DNA of 64,000 bases from Candidatus Poribacteria bacterium (lineage in GTDB: Bacteria; Poribacteria; WGA-4E; WGA-3G). How positions within the stretch are numbered: the first letter of the stretch is position 1; every line of letters begins with the position of its first letter. The translations under genes were made by a program, and so were the position numbers. A model generated the notes under the pieces. That model searched no databases. It was not told the DNA's origin and saw only the letters and a list, made by a program, of their open reading frames with translations. The DNA lies in assembly GCA_965205015.1 (NCBI GenBank), contig OZ242029.1, positions 2,528,001-2,592,000 on the forward strand, given 5' to 3'. This document shows, one piece after another, positions 59,105-64,000 of this stretch.

Positions 59105-60343
59105 TTGAACATTGATACATTAAAAGGAAAAACGGTTGGAGCTGCCGTCTCAGGTGGTTTAGATAGTTGCACCATCACGAAGTGGTTGGTCGATAACGGG
59201 GTCAAGGTCGTCTGTTTTACGGCGGACCTCGGACAACCTGACGAACGGGACGTTTCTGAAATCCGGGAACGGATGTTGGCATGCGGTGCTGAAGACGCCA
59301 TTATTGTCGACGCGAAAGACGCACTTGCGGAAGCGGGTATCCGCCTCGTCCAGTGTCAAGCCATGTATGAAGGCGGGTATTGGAATACAACTGGCATCGC
59401 GCGACATGTCACCGTGAAAGCACTCCTGCCGGAGATGGAAAGACGCGGTATCACCATCTTAACACACGGTGCCACGGGTCGAGGCAACGATCAGGTGCGG
59501 TTTCAACTCGCCACCAATATGCTCAATCCACATTTTTCTGTCTACGCACCGTGGCGGGATCCGAGCTTCCTCAAAATCTTCGGTGGCAGGAAAGAGATGA
59601 TAGACTTCTGCCAAGCACATCACCTACCGATTACTGCGACACACGAGAAACCGTATTCAACCGACGCGAACCTGTTGGGACTCACACATGAAGCCGGACG
59701 GCTCGAATCGTTGAAAACCCCGGCAGGATTTATCAGCCCCGGTATGGGCGTGCATCCGAAAGACGCCCCTGATGACGTGGAGCACTTTACGGTTACCTTT
59801 GCACGTGGGACACCTGTTGAGGTTAACGGGAGCCCTGTTACACCGCTCCAGGGTCTGTTAGAGGCGAATCGTATCGGTGGACGAAATGGGATTGGGATCG
59901 GTATTCACACCGTTGAAAACCGGTTCGTCGGGATTAAGAGTCGTGGTGTTTATGAATCTCCGGGGATGGAATTGCTTGGGAAGTGTTACGAGTTTCTGCT
60001 CCAGTTGATTTTAGATAGACGCGCACGCCGACACTTTGAGGGGGTAGCCACCACGATTGCGGAGCAGATATATCAAGGGTACTGGTTCGATGCTGCGACG
60101 CAAGCATTACTCTCTTCTATTGAACCGCTCACGAACTTAGCGAGTGGAACGATCACAGTGGCACTCTACAAGGGGAATGTCGCCTTCTATACTGCTGGTG
60201 GTGTCCCACACTCGCTCTACTCCGAAGAGACCGCCTCTATGGAGGCGATTGGTGACTTCGATCACGCGGATTCAGAAGGGTTTTTAGCAGTGCTTGGGGT
60301 TGGTGCACGTGCCTCAGCTGTTGCTGGGCAGACAGAGGCATAG
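59105..60343 (+). CDS. argG: Argininosuccinate synthase
   Basis: SGGLDS, HGATGRGNDQVRF, ENRFVGIKSRGVYE. Confidence 0.95.
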   Translation: MNIDTLKGKTVGAAVSGGLDSCTITKWLVDNGVKVVCFTADLGQPDERDVSEIRERMLACGAEDAIIVDAKDALAEAGIRLVQCQAMYEGGYWNTTGIARHVTVKALLPEMERRGITILTHGATGRGNDQVRFQLATNMLNPHFSVYAPWRDPSFLKIFGGRKEMIDFCQAHHLPITATHEKPYSTDANLLGLTHEAGRLESLKTPAGFISPGMGVHPKDAPDDVEHFTVTFARGTPVEVNGSPVTPLQGLLEANRIGGRNGIGIGIHTVENRFVGIKSRGVYESPGMELLGKCYEFLLQLILDRRARRHFEGVATTIAEQIYQGYWFDAATQALLSSIEPLTNLASGTITVALYKGNVAFYTAGGVPHSLYSEETASMEAIGDFDHADSEGFLAVLGVGARASAVAGQTEA

Positions 60344-60346
60344 AGG

Positions 60347-61342
60347 TTAAGGCACTTCAATCTTCGCGAACACTTGCGCAATGATGCTTTCGACCTCGCG
60401 TCCGTCCGCCTCTGCTTCGTAACTGATGATGACTCTGTGTCTCAGGACATCCATGCCGACTGCGTGAATGTCTTCAGGCGTAACGTAACCGCGTTGCGAG
60501 AGGAACGCCCGCGCCCGCGCAGCAAACGCCAGAAAGATGGTCGCACGCGGTGAGGCACCGTATTCAATGAGAGTGCTGAGTTCCTCCAACTGATACGCTT
60601 CCGGCGTGCGCGTCGCACACACCAAATCGACGATATAATTCTCCAACTGCTCTGCCATATAGATATTTCGGACCACCCCTCGGAATCGGATAATATCTTC
60701 CGGGGAAATCACCGGTTGAATCGCGGAGAGCTCTTCGGTTGTCATTCGTCGGAGAATTTGCAATTCCTCTGCATGCGAAGGGTAGTCAACCTTAATCTTG
60801 AGCATAAATCTATCGACTTGCGCTTCGGGGAGCGGATAGGTGCCTTCATGCTCAATCGGGTTTTGCGTCGCCAGGACGAGAAACGGGTCGTCAAGCGGAT
60901 AAGTCGTCCCACCGATCGTCACCTGACGCTCCTGCATCGCTTCAAGTAAGGCGCTTTGCACTTTGGCGGGTGCGCGATTGATTTCATCCGCGAGGATAAT
61001 GTTGGCGAAAATCGGTCCTTTTTTCGTGTAAAAATCACCCTTCTGTTGATCGTAGATGAGCGTACCGACGAGGTCGGCGGGAAGTAGATCGGGTGTAAAC
61101 TGAAGGCGATTGAAAGAAGCGTCTATCGTCTGAGCGAGTGCACTCACAGCCGTCGTCTTGGCGAGTCCGGGTACCCCTTCAAGGAGGATATGCCCGTTGC
61201 AGAGTAAACCTATCACCAAACCCTCTAACAGGGCGCTTTGCCCGACTATGACTTTCCCTGTCTCTGTGAGAATCTGCTGTATAAGCCCACTATCTGCTTG
61301 GATGCGAGCATTCATCGTTTCTAAATCGTAATTTTTTTCCAT
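60347..61342 (-). CDS. moxR: MoxR-family AAA+ ATPase
   Basis: GVPGLAKT, QFTPDLLPAD, DEINRA, ATQNPIE, GASPRA. Confidence 0.95.
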   Translation of the reverse strand: MEKNYDLETMNARIQADSGLIQQILTETGKVIVGQSALLEGLVIGLLCNGHILLEGVPGLAKTTAVSALAQTIDASFNRLQFTPDLLPADLVGTLIYDQQKGDFYTKKGPIFANIILADEINRAPAKVQSALLEAMQERQVTIGGTTYPLDDPFLVLATQNPIEHEGTYPLPEAQVDRFMLKIKVDYPSHAEELQILRRMTTEELSAIQPVISPEDIIRFRGVVRNIYMAEQLENYIVDLVCATRTPEAYQLEELSTLIEYGASPRATIFLAFAARARAFLSQRGYVTPEDIHAVGMDVLRHRVIISYEAEADGREVESIIAQVFAKIEVP

Positions 61343-61382
61343 ACGTCTGAATCAGGATTATAGGATTACCAGGATAAGGGTG

Positions 61383-61406
61383 TCGCGATTCGGAGATCGC
61401 TCCTAC
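61383..61406 (-). repeat. GTAG-type REP
   Basis: GTAGGAGCGATCTCCGAATCGCGA on the minus strand. Confidence 0.6.
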
Positions 61407-61421
61407 CGTGAAGACAGGGTG

Positions 61422-62780
61422 CTACACGAAAAATGGACCTGTTTCGCCCTCTTGGAAGGACTGCTCAAGCCACGGATCCTCGGTTTTCTGACGGAATTCG
61501 ATAACCTTTTGGCGCATTTCGTTGGCTATGTCTTGTAACGCCGGCACATCAATGAGGTTTTGCGATTCCGCTGGATCGTTCTGCATATCAAATAACGCCT
61601 CACGGCTCTGCTGTAGAAAATCGGTTCGCTGTCGATCACCGAGGTGCTGAACGTTGTCGTTCCGCACGGCTGTCCATGAGATTGAACGGAACAGATCGCT
61701 GGGGAGTGGTGTCTCCAATTGGTATGCCAGATTGCGAACGTACTTATACCGTCTGCCCCGTAACACGCGATATGGATAGTAGTTTGTCACCTCGTGGAAA
61801 CAGTGGGAAAAATACGTCTCCTCCCAGTTCCCGTTGCCGGGCTGTGGACTATCGTCCTCCAAGACGGTGAGCAGCGATCTACCCGGAAGTGCCTCTGCTC
61901 CGTCGGGATGTTTAACATCGCACCACGCTAACATTGTTGGGCAAAAGTCTACCCAGTTGACGAGTGCCTGATTGTGGAAACCGCGTTTCTGTTGCGTCGG
62001 GCTGGCGATAAGGAGTGGGCAGTGGTGTCCGCTATCAAAACTGGATGCCTTCGCCCCCGGAAACGGCATTGCGTGGTCGGTCGTAACAAAGACGAGGGTT
62101 TCATCTGCGCGTCCAGAAGCGTCAAGTGCTTCCAAAACCGCACCGACTACAGCGTCCCACCGTGAAACACTTTCGTAATAATCAGCGAGGTCTTCACGGA
62201 CAGCCGGCACGTCCGGTAAAAAATTCGGTACAATGACTTCGTCAGGTGCGTAAGGAGAGGGTTCAATACCAGGGTGCGTTCGATCATTTCCGAAGCCTTT
62301 ACCCGCTCTATGCGGATAACTGCTACCGATGTGGAGATAGAAGGGTGTCTCTGCATTCTCATCGAGAAATTGGGTAACCTTCGCCGCCATGTCCACAGGA
62401 CTCCGGGGATCGACTTTCGGTTCAAAATCGAAAGGGTAAACGCTTTCGGGTTCAACGTGTTTCTTTCCGAGGCACGCCGTAGCAAATCCGTGTGCTTTCA
62501 GAATTTTCGGCACCGATTGCATATATTCATGTGTGCGGAATCCGTGAATACCGTGGCAGTGTCCGTATTGTCCGTGCGTGTGGCTGTGTTGTCCCGTGAG
62601 AATACAGGCGCGACTCACGGCGCATGAGGGACTTGTACAGAATGCGTAGTCAAACACAACGCCGCGTTCGGCAAACGCATCGATATGCGGGGTTCGGATG
62701 ACCTCATTTCCGTAGCATTTCGCGATACGGCTCCAGTCATCAGCAATGACGAACATAACGCTTTTATGGGAATTGTTCAT
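61422..62780 (-). CDS. Sulfatase (sulfamidase-like)
   Basis: IADD, PSCAVSR..LTG, GKKHV, TTDH. Confidence 0.9.
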   Translation of the reverse strand: MNNSHKSVMFVIADDWSRIAKCYGNEVIRTPHIDAFAERGVVFDYAFCTSPSCAVSRACILTGQHSHTHGQYGHCHGIHGFRTHEYMQSVPKILKAHGFATACLGKKHVEPESVYPFDFEPKVDPRSPVDMAAKVTQFLDENAETPFYLHIGSSYPHRAGKGFGNDRTHPGIEPSPYAPDEVIVPNFLPDVPAVREDLADYYESVSRWDAVVGAVLEALDASGRADETLVFVTTDHAMPFPGAKASSFDSGHHCPLLIASPTQQKRGFHNQALVNWVDFCPTMLAWCDVKHPDGAEALPGRSLLTVLEDDSPQPGNGNWEETYFSHCFHEVTNYYPYRVLRGRRYKYVRNLAYQLETPLPSDLFRSISWTAVRNDNVQHLGDRQRTDFLQQSREALFDMQNDPAESQNLIDVPALQDIANEMRQKVIEFRQKTEDPWLEQSFQEGETGPFFV

Positions 62781-62828
62781 AGTTTTCCTTATGTGCGGAA
62801 GTGTAACAAAAAAATCGCCTCAACGCAA

Positions 62829-63395
62829 CTACTCGAAAAGTTGCGAGACAGGACATGTAAATCCCGGCACAACATCCTCACCTGTGAGTGTATCTTCGCG
62901 CGTGAACAGCCCGATGTCGCTTTCAGAACGATAAACCGTCACCGTTTTAGAGCGGGGATCCAGAACCCAAACGAGGCGTGTGCCTGCATTCAGATAAGCA
63001 AATGCTTTGTCTACAACACGCCACTGAACGTCTGATGGCGAAACAACCTCAATCGCCAGATCGGGCGGTATCGGAAACCCTGTGTTTTCGTCTCCATCCA
63101 ACCGCGGCGTTGAAACGAACGCCACGTCTGGTTTCAGTCCACGTTCACCGACCTGAAACGTTGCCTTTACGTGTACCTCCCCTAACTGATTCTCATCCAC
63201 ATACCGATCCAAATGCCGGATAACATTAACACTAATCTTACTATGTATCCTTGTTGGTGGGGACCTCGGCACTAACTCTCCTTTAACGTATTCATATCCG
63301 TCTATATCGTTCTCAAGAAATTCCGCCAACGTCATGGAGACCTGTTCAGGTGCGAGAGTCCCTTCCGCGATTTCGTGGAGTTCTTGTTGTGTCAT
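62829..63395 (-). CDS. Uma2 family endonuclease
   Basis: YEYVKGEL, KPDVAFV, PDLAIEVVSPS, LVWVLDP. Confidence 0.9.
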   Translation of the reverse strand: MTQQELHEIAEGTLAPEQVSMTLAEFLENDIDGYEYVKGELVPRSPPTRIHSKISVNVIRHLDRYVDENQLGEVHVKATFQVGERGLKPDVAFVSTPRLDGDENTGFPIPPDLAIEVVSPSDVQWRVVDKAFAYLNAGTRLVWVLDPRSKTVTVYRSESDIGLFTREDTLTGEDVVPGFTCPVSQLFE

Positions 63396-63455
63396 ACCTT
63401 TAAAACCTCGTTTGATGTTTTATAGCGAATTTTCCATAAAAATTATCGCTTTCTG

Positions 63456-64000
63456 CTAAATCAATCCACCCCGTTTCCGCAAAAACCACTCGAACCCAAG
63501 CAACGCGATAACCAATCCGAAAATTAAGGGCATATCCCAAATGTCAACATCCGTAATCTTTGACGTTGCACTTTCGACGAGCGGAATCTGATTTACAAGC
63601 TGCGGTGCCTCTTCCAGGGTGTAGTACTTTCCGCCGCTCCCTTCAGCAAGCGTCTTGAGAAGTGAGACATTAAGTTCAGCATTACTAAATTCGGCGTAAG
63701 ATGTTTTTACCTCAAAAAGGGTTTGCTGTTCGCCTAAATTTTCGCCATTAAGGGTCCCGGTTGCGGTAACCGTGTATTCGCCGTAACGGTTGGGAATAAA
63801 ACGCCCCGTATAAAGTCCATCCTTACCGAGGACCTGTTCAAGTTTTAACGCCCTGCGTTTCCCCGACGCATCAAGAATCACGGCTCGGATTTTCGCGTTG
63901 TTGGTCAACTGAAACTCTGGATCCGTAGCGGTAACCTCAATGACGACAGGTTCTTTCAAGGCGTAAGCCGTTTTTGCGACATCGAGTTTAATATGTTCCT
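63456..64000 (-). CDS. C-terminus of a large membrane-anchored protein, 5' outside window
   Basis: LLKTLAEGSGG...WD...EWFLRKRGGL ending typical of MoxR-associated VWA/glutamine-amidotransferase-like proteins. Confidence 0.6.
   Translation of the reverse strand, partial: EHIKLDVAKTAYALKEPVVIEVTATDPEFQLTNNAKIRAVILDASGKRRALKLEQVLGKDGLYTGRFIPNRYGEYTVTATGTLNGENLGEQQTLFEVKTSYAEFSNAELNVSLLKTLAEGSGGKYYTLEEAPQLVNQIPLVESATSKITDVDIWDMPLIFGLVIALLGFEWFLRKRGGLI

Overview
Bacterial chromosomal window. The gene content (three PhyH-type dioxygenases, two Uma2 proteins, sulfatase/FGE genes, TonB receptors) resembles Candidatus Poribacteria, which is an inference. Bases 1-43.5 kb and 59-64 kb are mostly housekeeping: a CP-ATP-grasp/alpha-E/transglutaminase cluster, uxaC, gap-tpiA-secG, trmJ, aspS, der, purF/purM, a TonB system, argG, moxR and a sulfatase. 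A dense set of small repeats runs through this region: GTAG-type REPs, MITEs nested inside REPs, a 19-nt micro-insert, and a repeat whose tail supplies ribosome-binding sites. Several of them sit in-frame inside genes, including essential der. Bases 44.6-59 kb form a defence island. It holds a type III R-M system with two mod paralogues carrying different TRDs and one res, with three stand-alone TIR-like genes (plus a fourth remnant) between the mod copies and no cyclase or other partner. It also holds a PIN toxin split by adjacent IS630 and IS607(TnpB) insertions that can be reconstructed exactly, an orphan hicB, RAYT remnants and IS630-type MITEs. No rRNA, tRNA or CRISPR array was seen.
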